A DNA stretch of 64,000 bases from Paramoeba atlantica (lineage: Eukaryota; Protista; Discosea): positions 1 to 64,000 of the forward strand of contig CDRNVI010000032.1 in the NCBI GenBank assembly GCA_977017575.1, given 5' to 3'. A program made the translations under genes and the position numbers. The notes below the pieces were generated by a model, which was given only the letters and a program-made list of their open reading frames with translations, was not told where the DNA came from and did no database searches. This document shows positions 46,660 to 57,231 of the stretch, in pieces; position 1 is the stretch's first letter; every line of letters starts with the position of its first letter.

Positions 46660-47910
46660 GCTAAAGAGCCGTCAGTCCCTTTAAAAAAGTGAAAAGGAAA
46701 AATAAAGTAAAATAAAGTTTTTTTCGCAGGATATCACTTCTTCCAGCCTTGGTACGCCTCCCAAAATGACCCATTCTGGACCAAAAAATGCGAAAAGGTA
46801 TTTTTCGGACCCCAAGGGGCTTTTTTGTGTCGGACGAATGGTGTAGTTGGAGTCGCATTCTTTACGCAATACGTTCTGTACCCTTGAATGCATGCCTACC
46901 ATACCTATGTGTTCTATGAATTTGTGTGTGTTCAGTGGTTCTATGGTTCAATGAGCACTTTTATGAACCAATAGAACACTTTTTCGATTTTTTTTCGTGA
47001 CGTACAAACAATTTTTTTTGAAGCTTTGTTTCATTCATACAGGGGTGAAAACTTGCATCTGAGGGGGGTCTAAATTTGGTAAAAATTGTCCAATTTTGGA
47101 AAATAATAGCGCATTGGAGAGGTCTCGCAGAGTTGTGTGTCTTTGGCGTATTCGGAACGCTCGGCTTGAAAGATTTAACCCGATGAGAAAAAAACATGTT
47201 TTTATTCTTGTGAAAATATGGCAATTTTTCATTTTTGCCCCATTTTACGCCCCAAAAGCGACTTCGCTCAAGGAATTCTCATGGTGTTTCGAACGCCCGT
47301 TCTCATGCTTTGCCAGGGAAGATTAAAGAACACCAAAGATTACTTCTTGTGGCCGACTTCGAGAAAACACAGTCTTATTCCAGGACTTACCAGTGTTTGA
47401 ATATTTTGAAATAAGAAATGCATTACGTTCGGCGAGTACAAAAAAAGCTGCCACGCGTACTAAGAGAGAACCTCATACCGCGGTATTCTTATACTGCATA
47501 GCTAGGGCATGTGTAATCACTTGGATATGCGCAAAACAAAAAAGGTTTATGAAAAATAGTCAACATGTTCGTGGGATGTGTACCTCCCCAAAAAGTGTTC
47601 AATGCGTTCTATGTGTTCAATGAACAAAAAAAAGTGTTCATAGAACACATAGGTAGGCCCTACGAGTGATTTCCCATACGCAAGTCGAATTTAGTGCCCT
47701 GAGAGCAAAAATACGCAAACATGGCCCTATTTTTACCTAAAAATCTGATATTTTTGGCTCAAATCCTTCCGTTTTCTTCAGCTTTCCAGGTCGATTTTTC
47801 TTTTTTAGGCTCTTCGTTAAACGCGGCGGTAGTTTTCAACGAGAAGCGCGCAGCATGAGTGACTTCTAAGTTGAAAACAACCATCGCGTTTAACGAAGAG
47901 CCTAAAAAAG
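46660..47910 (+). mobile_element. Diverged HINE-like core plus palindrome, interrupted by a MITE
   Basis: Core motifs (gagtcgcattc..caatacgttc, ctacgagtgatttccc) flank the MITE; palindrome at ~47805-47905. Confidence 0.65.
46904..47653. mobile_element. MITE, 750 bp, with 17-bp TIR CCTATGTGTTCTATGAA and TA flanks
   Basis: ta-cctatgtgttctatgaa ... ttcatagaacacatagg-ta, with gtgttc/gaacac subterminal repeats. Confidence 0.8.
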
Positions 47911-48815
47911 AATTAAATAATACCATAATTACCGTGGAAACATTAATTAAGAGACACATTAAATAAGGGAACGCCAATTAAGGGAATAATTATTTTTCGT
48001 CTAGTTTTGGCATTTTCAGGTAATTAATAATTATTTTTTCCGCCCATGGCCCAGGTGCCGCCAACCCCCGCTGAGCCCACATACCAATATTTCATAGTTT
48101 AGGTCAAAAAATCGCAATATGCAACCAAAACGTTGTAATACGTGAAGTATCCACTTATTAACACACTTTCTCGAAATTTCACTTGTTATCACACAATTCG
48201 CTTATTATCGCACCGAAAAAAGTGTGATAATGGGTGGTCCCCCCTATACTTATCTCGTGATCTTGGGCTATTTTCAACTTGATTCCTGCAAAACAATTAA
48301 GGGAACATTGCGGTGGTTGTAAAACTACCGCTCTACCCTCGATTATTGAAAAAAAGTGAACAAAAACAGTGAAAATATAAAGAGGAACACAGTAGTAAAG
48401 GAAGGTTTATAATAAAGGAAAAAAATGTAAAAGGGGGCTCCGGTGGTCCAAAAATGAAAAATGAATGGGGGTCTGGGGGGTGGGGGGTTAACGAAGAGCC
48501 TAAAAAAGAGAGAGCATTCTGATGTGACAAAAGGGTCTTTAACGGGAGATACCGTTCCAGTTTTGTGGTGGTTTTCCAAAGATGCCTTTAGTATCCCCCT
48601 CGTCCACTTTAGCCTGGGTTGGTCCTCAGTTCTATTCTCTATATGACATGCGCAAACAAGCGTCACCGAGATCTGCAAAAAGCAACAAAAATTAGCCCAA
48701 ACGGACAAAGCAACCAAATTTTAGAAGGGAGTGACTTATCGTGTCCCGGGGTCAATAGCCCGGACGGTGGTTTAGAATAAACAAGAAAAATTGTAATAAG
48801 TAACTGTGCCCTGGG

Positions 48816-50459
48816 TTATGTCCACCCATGTAACCAACGATTTGTATTAGCCACATCCCCAGTTTCATCGTCTGAAGGCAGCGTCACGACCTCATCTACC
48901 CAATCTTCACGAAGCCAGTGAATTTCGTATTCATAAGGGTTTGCCTGTTCTTGCCCAGGTAGGCGAATAATGGTGCCTAACGCCTCAATGTCCTGTACCC
49001 AGACCCGGACCTTGGAGCCTACAGACAATGCATGTGCTCCTTTCTTTTCATATCCCTCGTTTCTTTCCATCTCTTCCTGTGGGTGAGGTAGTGTTTCATT
49101 GTATGCCAAACCTTCTTTCTCTCCAAGCATGAAAATGCGATATTCTGCGGCTGCTTTCTCAAAAGGTACTTTACTTAACGGGATGAAGTTTAAGTTTCTT
49201 TGAAAATAGCGATTGGTTAAAGGTACGACGATTTCTCGGGAGACCTTGTCGGATTGTTCAACGGCTATAAGGGTGTAGTGCGCCCCACATCCGGCGGCAA
49301 TCACTTGATAATTATGAAGAAGAGAAAAGGAATGCGGATGTGATACTTTATGTAAAATTTCGCCAAACATACCATTTGTCGGACATTTGCTGTTCTTACC
49401 CCAACCGAAAAGCTCTCCACTACGTGTCCACGCAATTTGATGAGTTTTCCCGGCACAGACCCCACAAACCTCGCGACCGCACAACTCGGGAAATATTTCC
49501 GGCGAATAGTAGCCTTCAAACTCTGCCCCGATGCGCCCAAAGAGGTAGACCATCACACCCAGCACCGCACACTCCCGTAGCACGAACGTCACGTCCCCAC
49601 CCGCGGCAACTCCCACCACGCGTTCAGGGTACTTTCGCTTCGGGAACGTCGTCACATGGACAGGCTCCCATGCATTCTCGGTGTTACCGACTCCAAGACG
49701 ACCGAACGCCCCCTCCCCACAGGTATACACCTCCCCCGCACTTGTCATCGCCACGAAATGAGACGCCCCAGCCGCTATCCGCGCCACACGCACTCCACGG
49801 TCCAGAAACCATTCCACCACTCGAGGAGAAGGCTCCACAGGGGTGAACTTCTCCCCCTCCCTCGCGTCCTGCATCCCCCCTTTGCCGCCACCATACACCT
49901 CACCATGACCCAAACACCCCTGTCGGTTTCCCCCCCATGAGTACACCTTCCCGGTGGTCGTAACCCCATAGGAGGAGTCCCGACCCGCCGCCACCGCACG
50001 TACACTCTCCCTCCCCCCCTCCCCTATCCCCACCACCGTCCACCGGTGACGACAGCCCGCGTGGGTGTTCCCCAGCTGTCGCGCGGCATTCCCCCCGGTG
50101 CTGTACACCACCCCCTCGGCCGTGAGTGCGAGCGCGTGGAGCTGACCCGCCGCGATCTCCCGGATCTGTGTCCCGGGGGGCCCGATGGGGAGTTCCGTGG
50201 GGTACGGCACAACGGGCCTGGAGGGGGGGAGCCCGAGCTGGCCGTGCTGGTTGTTGCCGAGCCCGCAGACGGTGCCGTTGGTGAGGAGGAGGAGGGCGAA
50301 CCGGGACCCGCAGGCGATGGAGAGCACGGTGCCGGGGAGGGGGGCGCGTAGGGGGAGGTGGAGGGGGAAGTCGAGGATGCGGGAGGGGGGGTCGGGGGTG
50401 GTTTCGGTGGGGGAGGTCCAGTCGACGGCACCCCAGAGGTAGAGGTTGGAGGGGGGCAT
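48816..50459 (-). CDS. RCC1/BLIP-II repeat protein with a small C-terminal SH3/Tudor-like segment
   Basis: Repeats IACGSRFALLL..GLGNNQHGQLG, IAAGQLHALAL..GGNAARQLG, VYSWGGNRQGCLGHG, IAAGASHF..GEGAFGRLG. Confidence 0.9.
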   Translation of the reverse strand: MPPSNLYLWGAVDWTSPTETTPDPPSRILDFPLHLPLRAPLPGTVLSIACGSRFALLLLTNGTVCGLGNNQHGQLGLPPSRPVVPYPTELPIGPPGTQIREIAAGQLHALALTAEGVVYSTGGNAARQLGNTHAGCRHRWTVVGIGEGGRESVRAVAAGRDSSYGVTTTGKVYSWGGNRQGCLGHGEVYGGGKGGMQDAREGEKFTPVEPSPRVVEWFLDRGVRVARIAAGASHFVAMTSAGEVYTCGEGAFGRLGVGNTENAWEPVHVTTFPKRKYPERVVGVAAGGDVTFVLRECAVLGVMVYLFGRIGAEFEGYYSPEIFPELCGREVCGVCAGKTHQIAWTRSGELFGWGKNSKCPTNGMFGEILHKVSHPHSFSLLHNYQVIAAGCGAHYTLIAVEQSDKVSREIVVPLTNRYFQRNLNFIPLSKVPFEKAAAEYRIFMLGEKEGLAYNETLPHPQEEMERNEGYEKKGAHALSVGSKVRVWVQDIEALGTIIRLPGQEQANPYEYEIHWLREDWVDEVVTLPSDDETGDVANTNRWLHGWT

Positions 50460-50570
50460 GGGGTGGGGAGAGGGGGATGGGGTGGGGAGAGAGGTGAAAG
50501 AGAGAGAGAGGAAAGGTAGAAGAGGGAGAGAGAGGAGAACAAAAGGATGAGAAATAAGAAATTTATCATC
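50460..50570 (-). promoter_or_regulatory. Polypyrimidine tract upstream of the RCC1-repeat gene (putative trans-splice signal); a similar tract at 60255-60440
   Basis: Purine-only runs on the plus strand, i.e. long C/T tracts on the sense strand immediately 5' of the ATG. The trans-splicing role is inferred. Confidence 0.5.
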
Positions 50571-51074
50571 CTTAGGGATCCTTAGGGAAAGAAAAGCTTG
50601 GCAGGGGAATGAGTGGAGCGTTTGATAACTATTTCAAAGTAGCCGTGTGTTCAGAAAGTACATTAAGCGCACACTTTGTTTAATATCTTCAAGTAGGGTG
50701 CTTCTTGCTGGTGATGATAAACCCAACCAATAAAAAAATATTAAGATTCAAACATTTAATTCAAGCATTTCCAATACTTTGACATTTCTAGTCTCATGTC
50801 ATGATTCAAAAAATGACAGCATTAATCGTGTGAAAACTTTCATTTCAAGGTCAACTCATAAGAAGCAGCAATTTATAAAAGAATCTCATTTGTACAACAC
50901 ACTTACCAATTAAACATATGCTCATGGATGCTCTGGCCACATGTGTCTATGAGATTGACTACTTCGGTGGAATCAAGAATGTATTTATAAAATTAACGCA
51001 CAAACTGAACTGAATTTGTAATTCGAAAAATATGCTCAAAAGATAAAAATGTTACGACGAAGAACCTAGTTGGC

Positions 51075-53753
51075 CTAATTGCTTTTTTGCGGAGGCAAAA
51101 ATCCCTTCATCTGAGTCCTTCCAGCCCACTTTAGAGGAGCTTTCGGAACCTCTGAGCCTTCCTTTACAGAGGCCGCTGCGCTAACAGGAGTCGGTGCCTC
51201 CGTCCCGGATGATTCATTTAAAACCGCCGCATTATTGCTAGCATTCATAGAGGAATCTGATTCTTGTGGAGGCAACACACCCCTCATTTTAGATGAAGCA
51301 ACCCATTTTTTAGACTTTGCAGCGGCATCCACAGAATCTGTTAAGGTCGATTCTCCAGTGCTTTCATTTACATGCATACCAGAATCGGATGCGGAAGTAG
51401 CCTTTGCGTTAGAGGCAGCAGGAAGTTCTTCCTTTTGAGAGGCAGCCGCTCCCCTTGCCAATTCCTCCATAACCTGCTGCTCTTGTGTTCTTTTCTTGAG
51501 GGAAGATTCATGGGCCTTGCGTCGATCAGCGATCCTCTCCGACTCCCACTGTAATCGACGTGAGCTCATTATTTCCAACCGTGCTCTAGTCTCCTCGGCT
51601 TTTGCTTGATTCAGTTGCTGAATTTCTAATTGATTTTTTCGTCGTTCTTCCGCATTCTGTCGCATTTCGTCTTGCTGCAGAGCCCACGTTTTTTCAATTT
51701 CTGGCCACTCCTCTTCACGCACTGCTCGAACAAAAAAATCAGCGCGCTTTACTTCAGATACAGCGCTGTCCTGTACCTTTTGCTGCTCCACCTTTAATTG
51801 TTTCTGCGCAGCACGCAGCAAAGAATTCTTGTCTGTAAGATCATGAATCTCAGAAAACTTTTTCCCGGTGACCTGTTCCATTTGTTTTATGAGATCCTGT
51901 ATGCGCGTCTTACTTTTTTGGTTTTCTTCGTCAACTTTGTTTTTGGTTTCCCGATCGATACGCTCCTTTTCGAGTTGTTTCGCAGCTTCCTGGCGATGCT
52001 GCGCGTCACGCTGCTGTTTTTCATGGAAAGACTTTTTGCGGTGCTCCTCTTTCTCAATGTCATGCGCATCACGTCGTTTTTCCATCAACTCCAGACGCAA
52101 CAAGAGTTGTTGACGCTCCGAGCTAGCTTCTGCCGCTGCTTTTTGCACAAGCCGAGCGTGCGCGTTAGAATCCTGCGAAATAAAATACGTCGACCGTACG
52201 TTCGCAACAATGTTTCGCAAGTTAGAAAGCGTGCTTGTAAACAAATCGGATTCCGTGTTAGAAAATGAAACAAATTCTTGCTCGTGATCAATGTGAGCGG
52301 AGCGTTTTCGAGTGGAAGCAACTTTCAACACTATTGGTTCAATACTCGAAAATTTTTCTACGCCACACAGTTTGCAGAGGGAAGCGAATTTGACAACGCT
52401 GTGGGAAGAAAACACTGTAGAAATTACGGCTGTTGTAATGTTCACTCGGATAACAGAAATATACTTTTCGTACAAGTTATCCTTTTCCAATATACCTACA
52501 TCATTTCCGAGTTTTACGTGAAAATTGGCATCATGCAGGTTTTGTTGCACTTTGGCATAAAAACCGCGTAGCAGTTCGGAGCACTGAGGGAGCACATGCT
52601 TTTCAACTTCGCGGAGAAGCGTCTCTCGGGTAGGGGTGTACTTCAGCCCAAGTAAACGAGTCCAGTGGTGTAGCAGACCGAGAGAAAACTGCGCGCAACG
52701 TTGCGCTACTCCACGCTCCTTCTCTCCGGCATCAGAGTAGCTTACACAGAGGGAAGAAATTAAAACTCTCCCCGCCAATTCGCTATCTGAGGCACCTTGG
52801 CGCTTTTTTCGCTTCCATAGGTGAAGTAAGGCATAAGCATGGTACAAGTAGTGGTGAGTGCCAATCGTGGCAGCCCAAAATACATTCGCCAAACAGTCAA
52901 AATAGGTGATAATTTGGGAAGGCTGCGGGTTTAAACCAGGAAAAGCTTCCGTCATAGTAAAATTCATCGTTTCGACAAGGCGGTAAGCCTCTTGCCACAT
53001 TCGCATAGAAGGTGCTGTGACGACACGGAAAAGACGGGCCCATGTATCCAAGTAGGCATGCAGAATGTCTGGAGTGCCGATAAGAAATTTGCGAAGATCT
53101 CCTGAGGGATGGGCGATAAGCTTTGGTACGCGATCGAGGTGCTTCCGAGCCACACGCAATAGATCTCGAAGTTCCGCAGCACGGTTGTGCTCCTCACAAA
53201 AAGTCGCACAACGCTGAACCGTTTGCAGAAATAAAGTCGTCAGCTTGGGATTTGTCTTGAGTAAGTCAAGAGAGAACCGATACGCTTCCCATGTAGTGCG
53301 TGCGTGAGGCTGAAGCTTCTTTCGATCTACAGTCTCTTGAAAACCGTCGGCATCAAAGGCAGCCGCGCGAAGCTCTTCCTCGAGAGGAAAGAGTGACACA
53401 GAGCTCTCGGTGACGTCTGTTTCTAGTGAACCGCTCATTAATTTCTTGTCCAGAGCAGTCACAAATTTGATCACCACTTCCTGAAGGGACGCCGCGTTAT
53501 TATGTTGCGTTATTTTCTTGTAGTGATCCAGGGCCTTCTGCGCTAACTCAAGTTGGTTTAGCTCAATACAAAGCTCAAGATGCATGTGGATGATTTTCTC
53601 CATGACGGGGTGCCAGTAGTTAACACGCCGACGGCCGCCAAGAGGCTCGTGAAGAGTGCGAAGCGCAGTTTTCCTTTCAAGGGTTGAAGTTCCAGCAGTG
53701 AGTATATCGGTTGCTCTACGATAGGCCTCCAGCGCGCGAATAGGTTCCTGCAT
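51075..53753 (-). CDS. EIF3A: Translation initiation factor 3 subunit A
   Basis: N-terminal ALEAYRRA..LELCIEL, WEAYRFSLDLLKTN, FC..HNR..ELRDL, PCI region and charged coiled coil; 892 aa intact. Confidence 0.9.
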   Translation of the reverse strand: MQEPIRALEAYRRATDILTAGTSTLERKTALRTLHEPLGGRRRVNYWHPVMEKIIHMHLELCIELNQLELAQKALDHYKKITQHNNAASLQEVVIKFVTALDKKLMSGSLETDVTESSVSLFPLEEELRAAAFDADGFQETVDRKKLQPHARTTWEAYRFSLDLLKTNPKLTTLFLQTVQRCATFCEEHNRAAELRDLLRVARKHLDRVPKLIAHPSGDLRKFLIGTPDILHAYLDTWARLFRVVTAPSMRMWQEAYRLVETMNFTMTEAFPGLNPQPSQIITYFDCLANVFWAATIGTHHYLYHAYALLHLWKRKKRQGASDSELAGRVLISSLCVSYSDAGEKERGVAQRCAQFSLGLLHHWTRLLGLKYTPTRETLLREVEKHVLPQCSELLRGFYAKVQQNLHDANFHVKLGNDVGILEKDNLYEKYISVIRVNITTAVISTVFSSHSVVKFASLCKLCGVEKFSSIEPIVLKVASTRKRSAHIDHEQEFVSFSNTESDLFTSTLSNLRNIVANVRSTYFISQDSNAHARLVQKAAAEASSERQQLLLRLELMEKRRDAHDIEKEEHRKKSFHEKQQRDAQHRQEAAKQLEKERIDRETKNKVDEENQKSKTRIQDLIKQMEQVTGKKFSEIHDLTDKNSLLRAAQKQLKVEQQKVQDSAVSEVKRADFFVRAVREEEWPEIEKTWALQQDEMRQNAEERRKNQLEIQQLNQAKAEETRARLEIMSSRRLQWESERIADRRKAHESSLKKRTQEQQVMEELARGAAASQKEELPAASNAKATSASDSGMHVNESTGESTLTDSVDAAAKSKKWVASSKMRGVLPPQESDSSMNASNNAAVLNESSGTEAPTPVSAAASVKEGSEVPKAPLKWAGRTQMKGFLPPQKSN

Positions 53754-53942
53754 AATAACTTTAAGAAACGCGTAAAGATAAATAAGATTGTAACACGAAC
53801 ATTAGAGCCTTACAATTTCACTAAAAAGATAGAAAAAAACCGAAGCGTTCATACTGAAAAATATTTGCAGAAATCGAATTCCTAAAGGGCCCAGTAAAGC
53901 ATACACTAAAGTATAAACGAAAAAATCAACCAAACACAAAAA

Positions 53943-56900
53943 TTAACTTGCCGCTGATCCATATATTAGTACGCAGTCCATTGCGTATATTGGAGACATT
54001 TCCCTAGATGTCTGAAGAAAACGAAAAGATTTATGGGAAAGTATGGAATTACTAGAATGCCGAGAATATTGAGCGAGATTCCGTATCTGAGAAGCAGCAA
54101 AAGACGAAGGATCGATACTCGGAGCCAAGGCTCTACCTTTCGACACTTTAATAACCTCATTTTCCCATGTTTTGGGGTTCGGCAAACTGAAAGCGCCTGG
54201 TTCGTTGTTGATAAATTTTACGTTTTCTCTGGCAGCAAAGCGTATCATTTGATTCATTAATCGCGTCGTTCTAGCAGATGGTGCTTGACAACATAAGTTG
54301 CATCCGGGCAGGGTCATACAAGTCGTATCCCATATCTGACACCCAAGAGTAGCACAAGGGCATAATAAAGAAATATCTAAGCTCGAGCACTCGGATGAGG
54401 AAGATGCATCGGACTCATCACTGAAAGATGTTTCCCCCATTCGGGGACTGGAACACGAGCTCTCACGCGGACTTGAGCTCAGAAGTCTAGCGATTGAAGA
54501 CTGGCACAGAGAGGGACGGGAATCTGAGTCGACGTCTACACAGGGAGAAGAAATCTGGGAGTTCTCTACATCATGAAAAGGCAACTTTGCATGAGATACT
54601 GGTACTCTAGATTGTGTTGACTTTGAAATTGTTCTTGGTTCTGAAGGTGGCTGACTGGATTGCGACCGACGCTTCTCATGCCATCCGGGCAAGGAAGGCA
54701 AGGAAAGGTAACAAGGTTTCCGAAATGGCATGCGAGCGTAAGAGCTGTTCCACAAGTCCATTCGAACCAAAAAGTCTGACAGAAAAGAGGAATCCGGAAG
54801 TATGTGACTAAAAATTGCAGCACTTTCATCAACTGATTCCGAAACGGCGTTAGTGCAACGGGCTGACTCCAAGTAGCTATCAATGTTTTCATATCCTAAG
54901 ACGTGGCGCAGCACTGAATTGCCACGGTATGGATAAAAGATCGGTGTGGGCGTCTCCCAACTTAACGGACGGATATGTGAGTGGTTTATAAAGAAGTGGA
55001 AAATATTTAGTAGCGACTTCAGTGTGAAGCGAAACAAGAGAGATCGGTCCTCAGAGCACAGAGTTGTGCCGTGGGTAATAAGAGCAGAGAAGAAGTGAAT
55101 TTCTTTACCGAAAAAAATGCCCTTACGAGAAAACTGGTAGAATACAGAACTGTTGCCGCTCAAGCCCTTTTGAAGCTCGTTAGGCGCATAGCAGTTTATC
55201 ATTGGCATGTCTATGCCCCAGAAATTAGAACCACAGCGAGAATTTAAAAATGCACAGCTTGCAGTATTGCTTTCGTAATGTAGATAAGGGGGTGGTGTAA
55301 AGGGTAAAATACCGCTTTGTGATGTGAATAAATCGGAAGAAGGTAGAACCGGAGACATATCCTCTGGAGTAGAGCGGGTAAGAACCACAGGACATTTCGC
55401 AGAATCACAAATGTTAGATAGCAAATTAGAAAATGAAGTTTCATCATCGAAAAGAATGTCGCATGCTTCAAAGAGAATCAGTGCAATTGCTCTTGAGGGA
55501 GACAAGGTGCTTGTCGAAGAAGACTTAACCTTTGTTTCTGAGAAAGATAAATTGGCAGATGCGTGGGCAGCATTTACTTGTTCAATACCTTTTTCGGCAG
55601 TTACTCTAACAGGTGAAGTCTGATCTTCAACAACATTTCTTTTTTCAGGAGAAGATTTAACTTCGACAGTATCGGTAGTTTTGTGTTGCACAGAACGTGC
55701 TTTCACTTTTATTATCTCACATAGAGTTTTTATTTTTTTCGAAACCCTTGAAGATTCGTCCACTAATTCTGTACAAGGTTTGGATAAGTCACAAGTTTTG
55801 ATATCTTCTGTTATGGCCCTTTCAGTGTGTACTTTTTTGACTGTAGAAAAAAAAGCATTCACACTATTTTGGGAAACGCCTAATTTCTTTTTTTCAGCAG
55901 ACTTGCCAGACGAGACTTTTGAAGAAAACCTACGATCGTTTGTTTCGAAGGTTTTTCTTTTCAAAGCACTTGTATCCTTCAAATTATCTTCTGAAGAGGA
56001 AGTATTTTTCGGAAAGCAAACATCTCTTACCGAATTTGAATTTTTTTCGTGACGAATCAGTGGCAGTGAAGGAAGATCATCCCAAGCGCTTCTTCCATTT
56101 TCAAATTCAGATCGACGAATTGCATGGCTTTGTGAAATATCGTTCAGAAGAGGCGCGAGGCCTTTACTACTGCGTAACTGTGAGGAATTAATTTCCACCA
56201 CTCGAAATCCAGCTTCCTGAGCCATGCAATACAAGAAGGACTTTAGTCCACATCCTGGAGGGCTTTGAAAACATAAAGAAGTCGTAATTTTACTCAATGG
56301 AGAAAAGAACCCTGGCTTGTGACGAATACGATTCACACGTTGTCGTTCCATTTCAACCAGGCGTGGTGACGTACGCATAGGAAGGTGTCCCATATCGCAT
56401 GTACCAAATTCTGAGCTACTCGGAAATATGCTAGCAGGTGTTGGGTGTGAGTGCCAATAATCCCCAGGTAAATGTGGGGCTCGTCGTGGTGTAGCCCAAG
56501 AGGACATCCAATCCGAAACGGCGAGAGCACAGTCGGTGTCTTCAAATGGAAGCATACAATTCGAAAGCTGCACAGGAGCGTAGGCACTGTTCCATGTTTG
56601 ATGCTTACATTGTGAGAGATGACTTTCATAGTGTACGTAGAGAATTTTCAGAGCTGTCTCAAGGTCGTCCGTGCGAGAACTGTCAGCAGACAGGAGCGCC
56701 AGTAGTTCTGCGCGTGCAGAGCTTTGTCTTGCTTGTTTGAATGAAGTATTTAAAATGCCATCATTGGTGATTTGAGGACACCGGATAACTTCATTAGTAA
56801 TCGATGGACGTGGAGACTGCCTCTTCGGACACGACTCCTCGGTGCACTGAGACGAAGTCTCAGTTGATACATTCCTTTCAAATGCCTTGCGTCCCTTTCT

Positions 56901-56957
56901 TTTTGATGTCATAAAACAGAGACGTTTGTTGTGGAGGACCAGTATACCATTCTTCAA
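53943..56957 (-). CDS. ELG1: ELG1/ATAD5-like RFC large subunit (AAA+)
   Basis: SPPGCGLKS, MAQEAGFRVVEINSSQLRS, a long insertion, then LILFEACDILFDDE..KCPVVLT. Confidence 0.65.
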   Translation of the reverse strand: MKNGILVLHNKRLCFMTSKRKGRKAFERNVSTETSSQCTEESCPKRQSPRPSITNEVIRCPQITNDGILNTSFKQARQSSARAELLALLSADSSRTDDLETALKILYVHYESHLSQCKHQTWNSAYAPVQLSNCMLPFEDTDCALAVSDWMSSWATPRRAPHLPGDYWHSHPTPASIFPSSSEFGTCDMGHLPMRTSPRLVEMERQRVNRIRHKPGFFSPLSKITTSLCFQSPPGCGLKSFLYCMAQEAGFRVVEINSSQLRSSKGLAPLLNDISQSHAIRRSEFENGRSAWDDLPSLPLIRHEKNSNSVRDVCFPKNTSSSEDNLKDTSALKRKTFETNDRRFSSKVSSGKSAEKKKLGVSQNSVNAFFSTVKKVHTERAITEDIKTCDLSKPCTELVDESSRVSKKIKTLCEIIKVKARSVQHKTTDTVEVKSSPEKRNVVEDQTSPVRVTAEKGIEQVNAAHASANLSFSETKVKSSSTSTLSPSRAIALILFEACDILFDDETSFSNLLSNICDSAKCPVVLTRSTPEDMSPVLPSSDLFTSQSGILPFTPPPYLHYESNTASCAFLNSRCGSNFWGIDMPMINCYAPNELQKGLSGNSSVFYQFSRKGIFFGKEIHFFSALITHGTTLCSEDRSLLFRFTLKSLLNIFHFFINHSHIRPLSWETPTPIFYPYRGNSVLRHVLGYENIDSYLESARCTNAVSESVDESAAIFSHILPDSSFLSDFLVRMDLWNSSYARMPFRKPCYLSLPSLPGWHEKRRSQSSQPPSEPRTISKSTQSRVPVSHAKLPFHDVENSQISSPCVDVDSDSRPSLCQSSIARLLSSSPRESSCSSPRMGETSFSDESDASSSSECSSLDISLLCPCATLGCQIWDTTCMTLPGCNLCCQAPSARTTRLMNQMIRFAARENVKFINNEPGAFSLPNPKTWENEVIKVSKGRALAPSIDPSSFAASQIRNLAQYSRHSSNSILSHKSFRFLQTSREMSPIYAMDCVLIYGSAAS

Positions 56958-57231
56958 AATTTGCCAATATTCATCGCTATATATGAACTATTTTTATGAG
57001 ACAGAAAAAAGAGAAGGTTTTTAGTTGCAATATAATTGTTAAAAAGCAGATAGAAATGGCAGAGTTTAGCACCCAGCCAAGTATAAGTTGGTAAAGCCAT
57101 CCCATCATTTACCGTAGAAACGGAAATTAGGAAAATAAGAAAATTTTAATTAAGAAAATAATTTTGTGCCAGAAAACAATCTTCCTTAATTAAAATGTTC
57201 CTTAATTTCCGTTTCTACGGTAATTTGAAGT

